The notes: generated from the letters alone by a model not told the origin. Shown: positions 39,316 to 49,314, counted from the first letter of the stretch. The stretch: DNA of 64,000 bases from Candidatus Gastranaerophilales bacterium (GCA_947630535.1 CANRHZ010000004.1:10243-74242); one strand, 5' to 3'. Numbers and translations: made by a program.

Positions 39316-40302
39316 TTATGCAACTTTAGCCTTTAACAAGTCATGGATATGTATAAGCCCGATTGGCTTACTGTTGCAATCGACTATTGCAAGAGAAGTT
39401 ATGGAGTGCTTTTCCATAAGCGCAAGAGCGCTTGCCGCAAGCTCGTCTTTTTTTATTGTTCTTGGAGTTTTTGTCATAACATCTTTAACAAGAAGGGACT
39501 CTGTATATTTATGGTTTAATAAAGTGCGTCTTATATCACCGTCGGTCAGTATACCCGATAGGCAACCCTCATTATTAACAACAAGAGTACACCCGAGCTT
39601 TTTATCACTGATAAATTTAATTGCACACTCAAAAGACTCATTTTCAGGAACAACAGGAAGCTTATCTCCCGTAATCATAAGTTCATCTACTTTATATAAA
39701 ACTCCTTTTCCGAGTGCACCCGATGGGTGAAACATTAAAAAGTCATCTTTTGAAAATCCTCTTTTTTTAAGGAGACAAACGGCAATAGCATCACCCATGG
39801 CAAGAGTTGCGGTTGTACTTGCAGTCGGCGCTTTATTTAGGGGGCATGCTTCCCTTTCAACCGAAATATCAAGGACAACATCCGATTTATCGGCAAGGGT
39901 AGAATTTATTCCGCCCGTCATCCCGACAATTGGAACACCAAACCTTTTAATAAGCGGAAGAAGATTTAAAAGTTCGTTTGTTTCACCGCTATTAGATATT
40001 GCAATAACAACGTCTTGTTTTGTTATGATGCCTGAATCCCCGTGGGTTGATTCGGCAGGATGTAAAAATACCGCAGGAGTGCCTGTTGAACAAAGTGTGG
40101 CGGCAATTTTTCTTCCAATCAGGCCGGATTTACCCATACCGCTAACCACAACTTTACCTTTGCAGGAATATAAAATTTCAATTGCTTTTGTAAAATTGTC
40201 ATCAATTCTTTTTTTAAGTTCTTTAATGGCATCAGCCTCTATATCAAAGACTTCAAGCGCACTTTCAATAAGCTCATCTGTTTTAACAGAAACATTCTGC
40301 AT
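39316..40302 (-). CDS. kdsD: arabinose-5-phosphate isomerase (SIS + tandem CBS)
   Basis: VVSGMGKSGLIGRKIAATL (SIS) and two C-terminal CBS repeats. 328 aa. Confidence 0.93.
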   Translation of the reverse strand: MQNVSVKTDELIESALEVFDIEADAIKELKKRIDDNFTKAIEILYSCKGKVVVSGMGKSGLIGRKIAATLCSTGTPAVFLHPAESTHGDSGIITKQDVVIAISNSGETNELLNLLPLIKRFGVPIVGMTGGINSTLADKSDVVLDISVEREACPLNKAPTASTTATLAMGDAIAVCLLKKRGFSKDDFLMFHPSGALGKGVLYKVDELMITGDKLPVVPENESFECAIKFISDKKLGCTLVVNNEGCLSGILTDGDIRRTLLNHKYTESLLVKDVMTKTPRTIKKDELAASALALMEKHSITSLAIVDCNSKPIGLIHIHDLLKAKVA

Positions 40303-40432
40303 TAAGTTACCCCCAAAAAATAAAATTTTTAAGAAAATTATACAATAAAAAGAGTATTTTTTAAAATTTATAAAGATATATAAAAATAAGGTGCCGTAAA
40401 AGATTTTATATCAATCAACAGGAATAATATAA

Positions 40433-40690
40433 ATGAATCAAGTGCTAAAAAGATGTGAACAGAGAGTAACAAAAAGAATTGCAAGTTTTTTATGTTCAAG
40501 GGAAAATGAACTTACCATAAATATCAGCAAACTCAATTTTATTGATGCCTCAAGAATGGCGCTTTTAAATTCAACAAAGTGTTATGTGGAAAATCCGAAT
40601 AAAAAAATAAACTGGATAGTTAAAGACGAATTAATAAAAAACGTAATAAGTCCCTTTAAACTGGAAAATATGAAAATCATTGCAAAATAG
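40433..40690 (+). CDS. small STAS-like protein (possible anti-sigma antagonist fold)
   Basis: LTINISKLNFIDASRMALL resembles the STAS core, but the protein is short (85 aa). Confidence 0.4.
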   Translation: MNQVLKRCEQRVTKRIASFLCSRENELTINISKLNFIDASRMALLNSTKCYVENPNKKINWIVKDELIKNVISPFKLENMKIIAK

Positions 40691-40699
40691 GAAAACAAA

Positions 40700-41308
40700 A
40701 TGTCAAACGTAATAAGAGCAATTTATCAAAATAAACTTATAGGAATAATAAGGGAAAATGATGAGAAAAAGGCTATAGAAATAGCAAAAGCATATATTGA
40801 AGGCGGAATTAAAATAATAGAAATGGCAACTCCGATTAACGCAATAAAAGAGGTTGCGAAAAATGATGAAGTTTATATAGCAAGGGGCGGAATAATTACA
40901 AGGGAACAAGCCATAGAAGCAATTGAAGCAAAAGCAAAACTTCTTGTATCCCCGATACTTCAAATGGGCTTGGTTAAACTTTCAAGCGGATATAAAACCC
41001 CGCTTGTGCTAACGGCAACAACACCTAATGAAGCATATATGGCATGGCAAGCAAGAACTCCTTTAATCAAAATATACCCCATTAAAGATTTAGGCGGAGC
41101 AGGCTATATAGAAGAACTTTTAAGGCCGATGAAATTCTTAAATGTAATGCCGACAGGTTCAATACAGATTGATGATATTGAAGATTATCTTAAAGCAGGC
41201 TCTATGGCAGTAGGTTTAGGAAGGGCCTTTTATCAAAATAAAAATTTTGATGAAATTAAAAAGTCCGTAATGAAGGCAGTTCAGATTGCAGACAAATTTA
41301 ATCGGTAA
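40700..41308 (+). CDS. eda: KDPG/KHG aldolase family protein
   Basis: LIGIIRENDEKKAIEIAKAYIEGGIKIIEM, a Lys in IKIYP (Schiff-base position), and GLGRAF near the C-terminus. 202 aa. Confidence 0.75.
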   Translation: MSNVIRAIYQNKLIGIIRENDEKKAIEIAKAYIEGGIKIIEMATPINAIKEVAKNDEVYIARGGIITREQAIEAIEAKAKLLVSPILQMGLVKLSSGYKTPLVLTATTPNEAYMAWQARTPLIKIYPIKDLGGAGYIEELLRPMKFLNVMPTGSIQIDDIEDYLKAGSMAVGLGRAFYQNKNFDEIKKSVMKAVQIADKFNR

Positions 41309-41810
41309 TAATCATATCCGCTTTAGCATCAAACTCGTCCGAACAAATAAAATCAACCATAAGTTCTTTGTATATTACAATAATTTTTTTTGCGCCAAAT
41401 TCTTTTTTGACTAAAAGCCTGTCATAAAAACCTTTTCCGTACCCTATGCGATTTAAGTTTTTATCGGCTGCAATCGCAGGAATAAATGCAACGTCTATTA
41501 AGGAAATATTATCAACAGGAGAACTTAGAGGCTCTAAAACACCAAATTCGGATTTTTTCAAATCTGATGAAAACGGGCAAATAACAATTTCATTGCCCTC
41601 AACCCTTGGCAAATAAAAGTTTTTACTTTTGTTTAATGTTAAATCCAATAAATCAATTTCATATTTAAGCGGATAATAAATTAACACATTTTTTGCATCG
41701 GAATAAAAATTCAAACCGTTAATTTTTGAAACGATATTCCTTGATGCCACGTTTTTATCAAGGGTTTTTCTCAATAAAAGATTAGTTTTTCTTATATAGG
41801 ATTTATTCAT
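41298..41810 (-). CDS. 5-formyltetrahydrofolate cyclo-ligase
   Basis: RIGYGKGFYDRLL motif; 170 aa. Confidence 0.85.
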   Translation of the reverse strand: MNKSYIRKTNLLLRKTLDKNVASRNIVSKINGLNFYSDAKNVLIYYPLKYEIDLLDLTLNKSKNFYLPRVEGNEIVICPFSSDLKKSEFGVLEPLSSPVDNISLIDVAFIPAIAADKNLNRIGYGKGFYDRLLVKKEFGAKKIIVIYKELMVDFICSDEFDAKADMIITD

Positions 41811-41817
41811 TTAAAAA

Positions 41818-41943
41818 TTATACTGTATGAAACAATGATTTAAGAAAAGCTATAATAAAACAGGGTTTGTTTTCTTTTTCCTGAGTTTTAAGTTCCTCTT
41901 TTTGATAGTTTATTATATAAGACATAAATTGATCGCTGTACAT
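41818..41943 (-). CDS. possible 41-aa small ORF upstream of MTHFS (below track cutoff)
   Basis: Hand translation MYSDQFMSYIINYQKEELKTQEKENKPCFIIAFLKSLFHTV. GAGGA lies 7 nt upstream of the ATG at 41943. Confidence 0.25.
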   Translation of the reverse strand: MYSDQFMSYIINYQKEELKTQEKENKPCFIIAFLKSLFHTV

Positions 41944-42016
41944 GTTCTATCCTCTATTTCTCATACAAAAATAAAAAATTGCCCTTCAAAAAAATTGACG
42001 ATTGTGTAAAGTTTTT

Positions 42017-42346
42017 TTAACAAATAGGGCCAAGCTTTTCGGATGAAACTATATGAAGGTGTATATGAAAAACCGATTGACCGGCAGTTTCCCCTGTATT
42101 AATTACTGTTCTGTATTCATCTATGCCGAGTTGTTTTGTAACTTTTTTAACAGTTAAAAGCAGCTTGGATAAAAGCATAGGTTCTATATCATCATTTAGG
42201 GAAGAATAGTGTTTTTTTGGAACAACAAGAAGATGAACGGGCGCAATCGGGTTAATATCCTTAAAAACAACAACCTCGCTATCCTCATAAATAAATTCGG
42301 TATTAAATTCGCCTTTTGCAATTTTACAGAAAATGCAATCTTCCAT
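42017..42346 (-). CDS. HIT family protein
   Basis: CIFCKI N-terminus and histidine triad HIHLHIV. Confidence 0.9.
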   Translation of the reverse strand: MEDCIFCKIAKGEFNTEFIYEDSEVVVFKDINPIAPVHLLVVPKKHYSSLNDDIEPMLLSKLLLTVKKVTKQLGIDEYRTVINTGETAGQSVFHIHLHIVSSEKLGPIC

Positions 42347-42433
42347 TTATAACCCCCCAAATAAAGTATTTAAAAAATTTTAAATCCAAATAATCGCATG
42401 TGACAAATTTTGAAACATAGTATAATAGCTATT

Positions 42434-43540
42434 ATGAGGAACAATATTAAAAAAGCAATAACAATAACAATTATACTCTCTTTTTTGAATATAAATTCGG
42501 CAATTGCAGCCCCCCTTAAGGGTTCTGTAAGCGAAGATGAAACAATAAATCATTCAAAAATGTTTACGGGGCAAACGGATAAATTGGACAAAAAAGATAC
42601 CGTAAAATTAACGGTATCTCACGTTATTAACGGTTCGATAAATGAAGAAGGGGATGAATTTTTTGCCGAAATAACAGAAGATGTTAAAGGAGATAAAGGG
42701 GTTATAATTCCGAAAGGTTCAATAGTCCATGGGATAATTCAATACATACAAGACCCCAAAAAATTAAACAGGGACGGATATATAATAACCGCATTTGATT
42801 ATCTTGTTACAAGCGACGGAAGGCAAATCCCCATTCAAGGAAGCCTGAGCACAAAAGAAAATTTGGCAAAAGGAACCCTAAAAAATATAGCCCAACACAC
42901 GGGGGTAACTCTTGTAACGGGGGCCATCGGCGGCTTAATGAGTATAAACCTGTTCGGGCTTGAAACCGCTATAGCATCCCACGGCGCAACGGTTGCGGGG
43001 GGAGCAGCCATAGGCGGTGCAATAGGGCTTGTATCAATGATGAACAGGAAGGGAGATGTCGTAAATTTAAAACCGGGTGATGAATTTGAAATAAAAATAA
43101 TAGGGGAAATTGACCTTCCGGTTTTTTCGCAAGACGCATTTAAAGAAGATGATTTATATATAGACGGACTTAATGTCGATATATTAAGCGCAAAGTACGA
43201 TAAAGACCCGTTTGGAGGAGATAACTTTATAACTCTTGATTTAAAAATAGAAAACAATTCAAATCTTGATTTTTACCCTTTTGATATTGCGCTTATGGAT
43301 GACATTAAAAAAGTCTATTACCCTTCCCCTTTTGGCGATAACGATATATGGTTTAATTCAATTAAATCGGGTGAGAAGGCAATCGGCAAAATGTCGTTTT
43401 CAATTAACAACAAAAAAAACAAACACTGGCTTATTTTTATGGACAGGGGAACAAAAAAACCCATAGCCAAATACTCCATAGAGTCACTTTTGATGGCAAA
43501 CAAAGATAAAAAAAATAAAAAATCAAGACATAAAGACTAA
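42434..43540 (+). CDS. secreted protein: TrbI/VirB10-like segment, glycine-zipper region, DUF4352-like Ig domain
   Basis: ATG 42434 gives the signal peptide MRNNIKKAITITIILSFLNINSAIA; the track start is TTG 42410. VIIPKGSIVHGII ... DGRQIPIQGSL ... VNLKPGDEFEIKIIGEIDL matches the TrbI pattern. Gly-rich GAIGGLMS...GGAAIGGAIG. C-terminus LDLKIENNS...GEKAIGKMSF. Confidence 0.6.
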   Translation: MRNNIKKAITITIILSFLNINSAIAAPLKGSVSEDETINHSKMFTGQTDKLDKKDTVKLTVSHVINGSINEEGDEFFAEITEDVKGDKGVIIPKGSIVHGIIQYIQDPKKLNRDGYIITAFDYLVTSDGRQIPIQGSLSTKENLAKGTLKNIAQHTGVTLVTGAIGGLMSINLFGLETAIASHGATVAGGAAIGGAIGLVSMMNRKGDVVNLKPGDEFEIKIIGEIDLPVFSQDAFKEDDLYIDGLNVDILSAKYDKDPFGGDNFITLDLKIENNSNLDFYPFDIALMDDIKKVYYPSPFGDNDIWFNSIKSGEKAIGKMSFSINNKKNKHWLIFMDRGTKKPIAKYSIESLLMANKDKKNKKSRHKD

Positions 43541-43594
43541 AAAAGCAATTTTAAATTATTTTTTGTTTTTTAATAGTTATAAAGAAGGCTTTTT

Positions 43595-44962
43595 ATGGTT
43601 CAAAATAATATAAATACAAGCAGCTTGCTGCAATCGTATATAAATAAAACATCTTTAAATAAGAGCACTGATAGTAATGGCAACAATTTTCAACCTACAC
43701 CCCAAACTATAACAACTCCTGTTGATACGTTTAGCCAAAACGGGAATATTGACGAAAAACAAAGAAACAAAAAAAGAAAAGTTGCAAAAATAGCACTTTT
43801 TGGCGCCATGGGTTTAACCGTTACTCTTGGTTTACTTGCCGCATTCAGGCATCAGGGCGGTTTAATAAACACTGCAAAAAAAACAGTTGGAAATATTAAA
43901 GGCTTTTTCGGTTCGCAAAAAGAGGATGTTAAAAAAATAACGGAAAATATAGCCGAATATCAAAACGGAGCAGACAATCTTAACAGTGCAAAAGATTCAC
44001 TAATCAGGCATTTTATGATGAAAATTCCCGGATACAAATATTTTGATTCGCTGATGTCATCAATATATAAAAATTCAGCCGTAAAAGCTATGCAAAGAGG
44101 GTATTCAAAGGCTCTTAATATGATGAAAGACACTGATGAAGCCCTTCTTAAATCAGTAGAAAATTCGGATTTGGATTCAACACAGATAGAAAGATTAAAA
44201 GAACTTCTTTATAAAAGATTTGATACTTTAAAAAATCTTGCGGATAAAAGCAAGGTTAAAACAAGAATTGATAAGCTAAATAAATCAATGAAACGAATTG
44301 ATATAGAAGCTTATGAAAAAATGAAATCCGCAAAAGAAGGCGGCATTACAAAATTAAAAGAAAACCTTGATGATTTTTCAAGGCATGCCTGGGCCGAAAG
44401 CACTCTTGCAAACTCAAGAAACATACAGGCAAAACAACTTGAAGCATTTGAAAACTTTGGCTTAAGTACGCAAGAAGCCCTTGAATTAGATGAACTTATA
44501 AAAATCGGAACAAAAAGCAATCTTCAAATGAGAAGCGACGTTCAAAATTCATCTAAAGCTATGGAAAAAATATTTAAAAAAGAAAAAGGCGCAATGTTTG
44601 AAAAATTAAGAGATATAAATTACGGTTGCGCACCTGCTGATGCACTCGGAATACTTACAACAATGGGGTTATTAAAATTATACAGTGCACAGGCTGATTC
44701 AAAAGAAGAAAAAATGAAAGTGACGCTGACAACGGGCCTGCCCCTTATGGTTACATTAGGAACAACTCTGGGCGCAACAATTAAAATGGTTAGCGGCGCA
44801 AAAGCATTGGTTCTTGGCTTATTTACAGGATTTATTGCAAATAAAACCGGCAAAACAATCAACGAAATTTATCAAAAAAAGCACAATACTCAAGGAGCAC
44901 CCTCGACAATTATTACGCTTGATGATTGTGCAAAAACAGGCAACAAAAAATATGAAAAATAA
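43595..44962 (+). CDS. hypothetical membrane protein (455 aa)
   Basis: SD AAGAAGG upstream. N/T/Q-rich N-terminus, TM at about res 65-85, long helical middle, two C-terminal hydrophobic segments. Confidence 0.6.
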   Translation: MVQNNINTSSLLQSYINKTSLNKSTDSNGNNFQPTPQTITTPVDTFSQNGNIDEKQRNKKRKVAKIALFGAMGLTVTLGLLAAFRHQGGLINTAKKTVGNIKGFFGSQKEDVKKITENIAEYQNGADNLNSAKDSLIRHFMMKIPGYKYFDSLMSSIYKNSAVKAMQRGYSKALNMMKDTDEALLKSVENSDLDSTQIERLKELLYKRFDTLKNLADKSKVKTRIDKLNKSMKRIDIEAYEKMKSAKEGGITKLKENLDDFSRHAWAESTLANSRNIQAKQLEAFENFGLSTQEALELDELIKIGTKSNLQMRSDVQNSSKAMEKIFKKEKGAMFEKLRDINYGCAPADALGILTTMGLLKLYSAQADSKEEKMKVTLTTGLPLMVTLGTTLGATIKMVSGAKALVLGLFTGFIANKTGKTINEIYQKKHNTQGAPSTIITLDDCAKTGNKKYEK

Positions 44963-44995
44963 AAAACCGCTACATTATAAAAGCAGCGGTTTTTT
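44963..44995. terminator. bidirectional terminator between 43595-44962 and the ferredoxin gene
   Basis: AAAACCGCT (44963-44971) pairs with AGCGGTTTT (44985-44993). T-run after it and A-run before it. Confidence 0.7.
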
Positions 44996-45011
44996 AAATT
45001 GAATTTTTATT

Positions 45012-45188
45012 TTATTCTACAACAATTACGCCAACAGGGCAGCTTTCAGCAGCTTCTTTAACCGCATCTTCATTTCCTGCAAGTTTGGAATTGTCAGCAA
45101 CGGCAACGTCCTCAACTTTGAATACATCCGAGCAGAATGATTCACATGCGCCGCAAGCTATGCAACCGTCTTGAATAGTAACTTTCAT
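45012..45188 (-). CDS. small single-cluster ferredoxin (58 aa), missed by the ORF track
   Basis: Hand translation MKVTIQDGCIACGACESFCSDVFKVEDVAVADNSKLAGNEDAVKEAAESCPVGVIVVE. CxxCxxC...CP cluster motif. SD AAGGAG lies 8 nt upstream. Confidence 0.85.
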   Translation of the reverse strand: MKVTIQDGCIACGACESFCSDVFKVEDVAVADNSKLAGNEDAVKEAAESCPVGVIVVE

Positions 45189-45248
45189 GATTTAACTCCT
45201 TATATTTTTATATTTAATTATGATAACCATAAAATTAGAAATTGCAAG

Positions 45249-47105
45249 TTAATTTACATCAACATATATTTCTTCCAAATTATGAAACACTCCCCCCAAC
45301 GATGTCGGAAAAATGTTTTTGAATTTATTTCTGACGGCAACAATATTTGTCGGACTGTAAAGATAAATGATAGGGTTATATTCGGCAACCACTCTTTGAT
45401 AATTTTTATAAAGTTCCCTTCTTTTGTTAAAATCAATTTCAACCGAAGCTTGATCGAAGATTTGATTGAGAGCGGCTTCAAAAGGCAAGAGCTTGTCTGT
45501 AGACTTTATGTCGTTCTCGCTTCGCTGATTAAAAAGGTGCAATGCCCCGTCAGACCTCCACACGTTATACCCCGAATGCGGTTCCAGCGGGTTTCCCGTT
45601 AAAGAAATTATTATTGCTTCCCAATCCAAAGAATTGGTTAGCTTATTTACAAGAGAATTAAACTCAATCGGTTTAAAATTAACCGTAATACCAAGCGAAG
45701 ATAAATCCTCTTTAATGCTTACTCCCGTTGCTTCTCTTTGGGTGTTTCCCGCATTGGTCAGAAGTTCGAATTCGACTTTGTTTCCGTTTTTATCATACAG
45801 TATTCCCTCTTTTTTATAAAATCCGGATTTCTCAAGAAGCTCCATGGAATGTTTTATATCCTGTCCGTGGCCTTTTGCGGTTTTTTCATCAAGGAAAATT
45901 GAAGATATGCTCTCTGCCGTATAAAGAGGTTCCCCCACCCCCGATAAAACATTTAAAACAAGATTTTCTCTGTCTATTGCCCAATCAATAGCTGAGCGGA
46001 AGTTTTTATCATTGAACCAAACCTGCTTAACAGGACTAAGGTAATATTTGCCGTTTTCTTTATTTTTTCTTGAATTTAAATTAAAGACAATAAAACTTGT
46101 GTTTGTAGTCGGCCCTAAGTTATAGAGTGTATAATCGGATTTTTTTTCATCCTCTCTGTATTTGGAAACCAAATTACCGGGGATTGTAGTTGTGTCCGTT
46201 TCTTTGGCTTCAAATTTTAAAATGTCGTTATTTAAATCCCCTACTATTAAAACAATATATTTATCAAGGTAAGGAAGCCTTTTATTGTTCTTATCAATTA
46301 CATAGTAATTTGGGTTTCTTTCATATACAAGTCTTTGAGCCGGGATATATTCCTTTAAAATAAAGGCACCCGATACAACCGGATTTTTTAAATCAATATC
46401 GGTTGAATGAAAAGTCCTGAAATAGTCTTTACCCTTATCCGTTGCAAATTTATATACATGCTTTGGAACAACGGGAGAAGTAAGGTTTCTTAAAAAAGGA
46501 GCAAAAGGAACGGGAGTCTTAAATTTAACCGTGTACTTATCAACAATTTCAACGGTAGGGAGTTTTCCGTTTACCATCATTGAATCCCTTGTGCTTGTAT
46601 CTCCGTATCCGCCAAAAATAATTGTATTATAAGTAAAATAAACATCATCAGAGGTTATTTCTTTACCGTCAGACCACATCACACCCTTTCTTAATTTAAC
46701 AATGTAGGTCATTTTATCGGGAAGGATGCTATACTCTTTTGCAAGACGGCAAATTACTTCACCGTTATACGGGTCTGTAGAAAAAAGCCCGTCATACATA
46801 ATCCCCGATAGCATAGAAGATGTAGCATCGTTAGAATTAAACGGGTTAAAAGTTTTTGGGCCTTCTCCTATGACTGATGTGATAAATTCGCCGCCGAATT
46901 TTCCAACCTCACCCCTTGAAACAAGAAAATCCACACCATCAATTGTCTTATTTTCCTGTTCAATGAAGTCATATTCAATAACATCCAGCGCTCTTAAATT
47001 AGACTGAACATAGGGTTCATTGTATCCTTTATCTTTTTTAACGCAAGAAAAAAGGAGTAAAGATAAAAAAAGAATTACTGAAACAATGTATACATATTTT
47101 TTCAT
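45249..47105 (-). CDS. ABC transporter substrate-binding lipoprotein, family 5 (peptide/nickel type)
   Basis: ATG 47105 gives the lipobox signal MKKYVYIVSVILFLSLLLFSC. About 600-aa mature protein with an OppA/DppA-like architecture. No permease or ATPase genes nearby. Confidence 0.8.
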   Translation of the reverse strand: MKKYVYIVSVILFLSLLLFSCVKKDKGYNEPYVQSNLRALDVIEYDFIEQENKTIDGVDFLVSRGEVGKFGGEFITSVIGEGPKTFNPFNSNDATSSMLSGIMYDGLFSTDPYNGEVICRLAKEYSILPDKMTYIVKLRKGVMWSDGKEITSDDVYFTYNTIIFGGYGDTSTRDSMMVNGKLPTVEIVDKYTVKFKTPVPFAPFLRNLTSPVVPKHVYKFATDKGKDYFRTFHSTDIDLKNPVVSGAFILKEYIPAQRLVYERNPNYYVIDKNNKRLPYLDKYIVLIVGDLNNDILKFEAKETDTTTIPGNLVSKYREDEKKSDYTLYNLGPTTNTSFIVFNLNSRKNKENGKYYLSPVKQVWFNDKNFRSAIDWAIDRENLVLNVLSGVGEPLYTAESISSIFLDEKTAKGHGQDIKHSMELLEKSGFYKKEGILYDKNGNKVEFELLTNAGNTQREATGVSIKEDLSSLGITVNFKPIEFNSLVNKLTNSLDWEAIIISLTGNPLEPHSGYNVWRSDGALHLFNQRSENDIKSTDKLLPFEAALNQIFDQASVEIDFNKRRELYKNYQRVVAEYNPIIYLYSPTNIVAVRNKFKNIFPTSLGGVFHNLEEIYVDVN

Positions 47106-47191
47106 AATTATTGATTTTACCATAATTATTTGATATAAAAAGTGTATAATAAGGTTAATTTTTTGTGAGTTCAGCTGATAAAAACCTAAAT

Positions 47192-48013
47192 ATGAAAATA
47201 CTTGTGACAGGCGCAAGCGGTTTGCTCGGGCAAGAATTATGCCCTATGTTAGATGAAATTGGTGCACTGTATTGGGCAACAAACAGTAAAATATTTGACA
47301 TAACCAATGTTAAAATGGTTAATGAAATTATGAACAAGGTGAAATTGGATTTCATTATTCACCTTGCCGCATTTACAAATGTTGATCAAGCCGAAGTAAA
47401 TCAAAAAGAAGCGTTTGAAGTTAATCATATCGGAACAAAAAATATGGCAAAGATTGCAAAAAAACTTGATGTTCCGATTTTATATTTAAGCACTGCGAGT
47501 GTTTTTGACGGAGAAACATCCGTTCCCTACAAAACAAGCGATATTGCGCATCCCATCAACATTTACGGCCAATCCAAACTTATGGGTGAAGAAGAAATCA
47601 GAAAAATCACAAAAAAACACTATATAATAAGAACAAGCACACTGTACGGAAAAGGCGGAAACAACTACGTTGATGCTATGCTTACATATTCAATGTTTAA
47701 CAGTAATATATCAGTCGTTGATGATCAGGTTTCATGCCCAACTTGGACAAGAGATTTAGCAAAAGAAATAATTAAATTTTTAACGGAAAAAAGAGAATTT
47801 GGAACATATCACATATCCTCAAGCGGGTATGTGAGCTGGCCCGAGTTAACAAAAAAAATATTTGATATTAAAAAGAGAAATGTGTTCATTACTCCTATCA
47901 AAAATTCAGATTTTCCAAGACCGGCAAAACGTCCGAGATTTAATGTTTTAGATAATAAAGGCATATTACCCTCTTGGGAAAAATCGCTTGAAGAATATCT
48001 TCTTGCAAAATAA
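47192..48013 (+). CDS. rfbD: dTDP-4-dehydrorhamnose reductase
   Basis: MKILVTGASGLLG Rossmann motif and the YGQSKLMGE catalytic YxxxK. About 273 aa. Confidence 0.88.
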   Translation: MKILVTGASGLLGQELCPMLDEIGALYWATNSKIFDITNVKMVNEIMNKVKLDFIIHLAAFTNVDQAEVNQKEAFEVNHIGTKNMAKIAKKLDVPILYLSTASVFDGETSVPYKTSDIAHPINIYGQSKLMGEEEIRKITKKHYIIRTSTLYGKGGNNYVDAMLTYSMFNSNISVVDDQVSCPTWTRDLAKEIIKFLTEKREFGTYHISSSGYVSWPELTKKIFDIKKRNVFITPIKNSDFPRPAKRPRFNVLDNKGILPSWEKSLEEYLLAK

Positions 48014-48117
48014 AGTGCAAAAAATAAAAATTATGTGTTTTTTAAAAAAGTTGCCATACTTGCATTTATATTTTTAATAATATAAAATCAAATAAAACTA
48101 CAAAGGGAGAAAATTAA

Positions 48118-49299
48118 ATGAGAAAGATGCTTATAAAATTATTCGGCTTAGTTGCAATAATATGCTCAATGGCTATTACACCGGCTATTGCACTTGAAGA
48201 ATTTCCTGATGTCGAACCCGATTACTGGTCATACGATGCAATTATGTACTTTAAAGACAAAAATGTTTTATCGGGATATCCTGACGGATACTACAGACCT
48301 GACGATTTGGTATCACGTGCCGAATTTGCAACAATTATAACAAAGGCTCTGGGGCTAAGAGATATTAACAAAATTACGTTTACAAAATATAACGATATAA
48401 ATGAAAATCACTGGGCATATTATGATGTGATGCTTGGTTCATATTACAATTTAATCCATGGTACACCGAGCGGTTATTTTTATCCGAACAACAATATAAC
48501 AAGATTAGAAATCATTATGGTAATAATGAAAGCGCTTTCTATTAAAGAAATTACGGAAGATGAAGCTATAAGACAACTTTCCGTATATAGAGATGCTAAC
48601 GACGTACCTTATTGGGCAACTTTAACAACCGGTAAAGCTCAGCAATTGGGTTTAATAGTTCTTCTTCCGGGTAAAGAAGATTATATTCTTCCTAACCAAT
48701 ATGCAACCAGAGGCGAACTTGCAGTATGGTTATACGGAATGTTGCAAAGAGCCGCTATTCAGCCTTCGGAAAAATTACCCGAACAACCCAAAGGCCCGAG
48801 AAAAGTTGACGGATACGTTATTCCAAACGTAATTTTTGATGACCATTACGCTATAATTCCCGCAGGCACAACAATTCCTTTAGGTATTATGGACTGCTTA
48901 TTTACAAAAACGGCAAAAGAAGAAACCCCGATTTTAACAAGGGCGCTTATGAACTTTGTAAGTGAAGACAGAACTCTCCTTATACCTGTAGGTAGTGAAA
49001 TGGTTGGCGTTATAGATAAAGTCGGTGTCGGAAGAACAATGCTGAAAAACTCTCAAATGATATACAGAACAGAATCTCTGATTGATTCAAACACAAGACA
49101 ACCGATTGCACCGTTTAAGGCCGTTGCAAAAATGACTCCTCAGGTAAGAGAATTTACCCACAATCCTATATTACAAAAAATAGGCTTTAAGGGATTTAAA
49201 GGTCACAATTTCTATACACATAAATCTCAACAGGCAGATTTTGTTCTCCTTGAAGAAGTTAAAATTGATTTAGATGACGACCTTCATATAGTTCAATAA
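48118..49299 (+). CDS. SLH-domain protein with TrbI/VirB10-like C-terminal domain
   Basis: Signal peptide ending AIA-LEE. Three SLH-like repeats (FPDVEPDYWSYDAIMYF, YNDINENHWAYYDV, YRDANDVPYWATL). C-terminus IIPAGTTIPLGI ... LLIPVGSEMVGVI ... ADFVLLEEVKIDL. Confidence 0.7.
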   Translation: MRKMLIKLFGLVAIICSMAITPAIALEEFPDVEPDYWSYDAIMYFKDKNVLSGYPDGYYRPDDLVSRAEFATIITKALGLRDINKITFTKYNDINENHWAYYDVMLGSYYNLIHGTPSGYFYPNNNITRLEIIMVIMKALSIKEITEDEAIRQLSVYRDANDVPYWATLTTGKAQQLGLIVLLPGKEDYILPNQYATRGELAVWLYGMLQRAAIQPSEKLPEQPKGPRKVDGYVIPNVIFDDHYAIIPAGTTIPLGIMDCLFTKTAKEETPILTRALMNFVSEDRTLLIPVGSEMVGVIDKVGVGRTMLKNSQMIYRTESLIDSNTRQPIAPFKAVAKMTPQVREFTHNPILQKIGFKGFKGHNFYTHKSQQADFVLLEEVKIDLDDDLHIVQ

Positions 49300-49314
49300 G
49301 TTTTAAACTAAAAC

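Noticed and set aside
39302-40348. Two plus-strand ORFs (142 and 183 aa) antisense to kdsD
   Set aside because: These are shadow ORFs of a well-supported SIS+CBS gene, with no motifs or RBS.
41811-42016. 6S RNA upstream of the 5-formyl-THF cyclo-ligase gene, by analogy with E. coli ssrS-ygfA
   Set aside because: I found no long closing helix between the ends of this gap on the minus strand, and no rod-plus-bubble fold. The 23.5-kb locus fits the 6S architecture much better.
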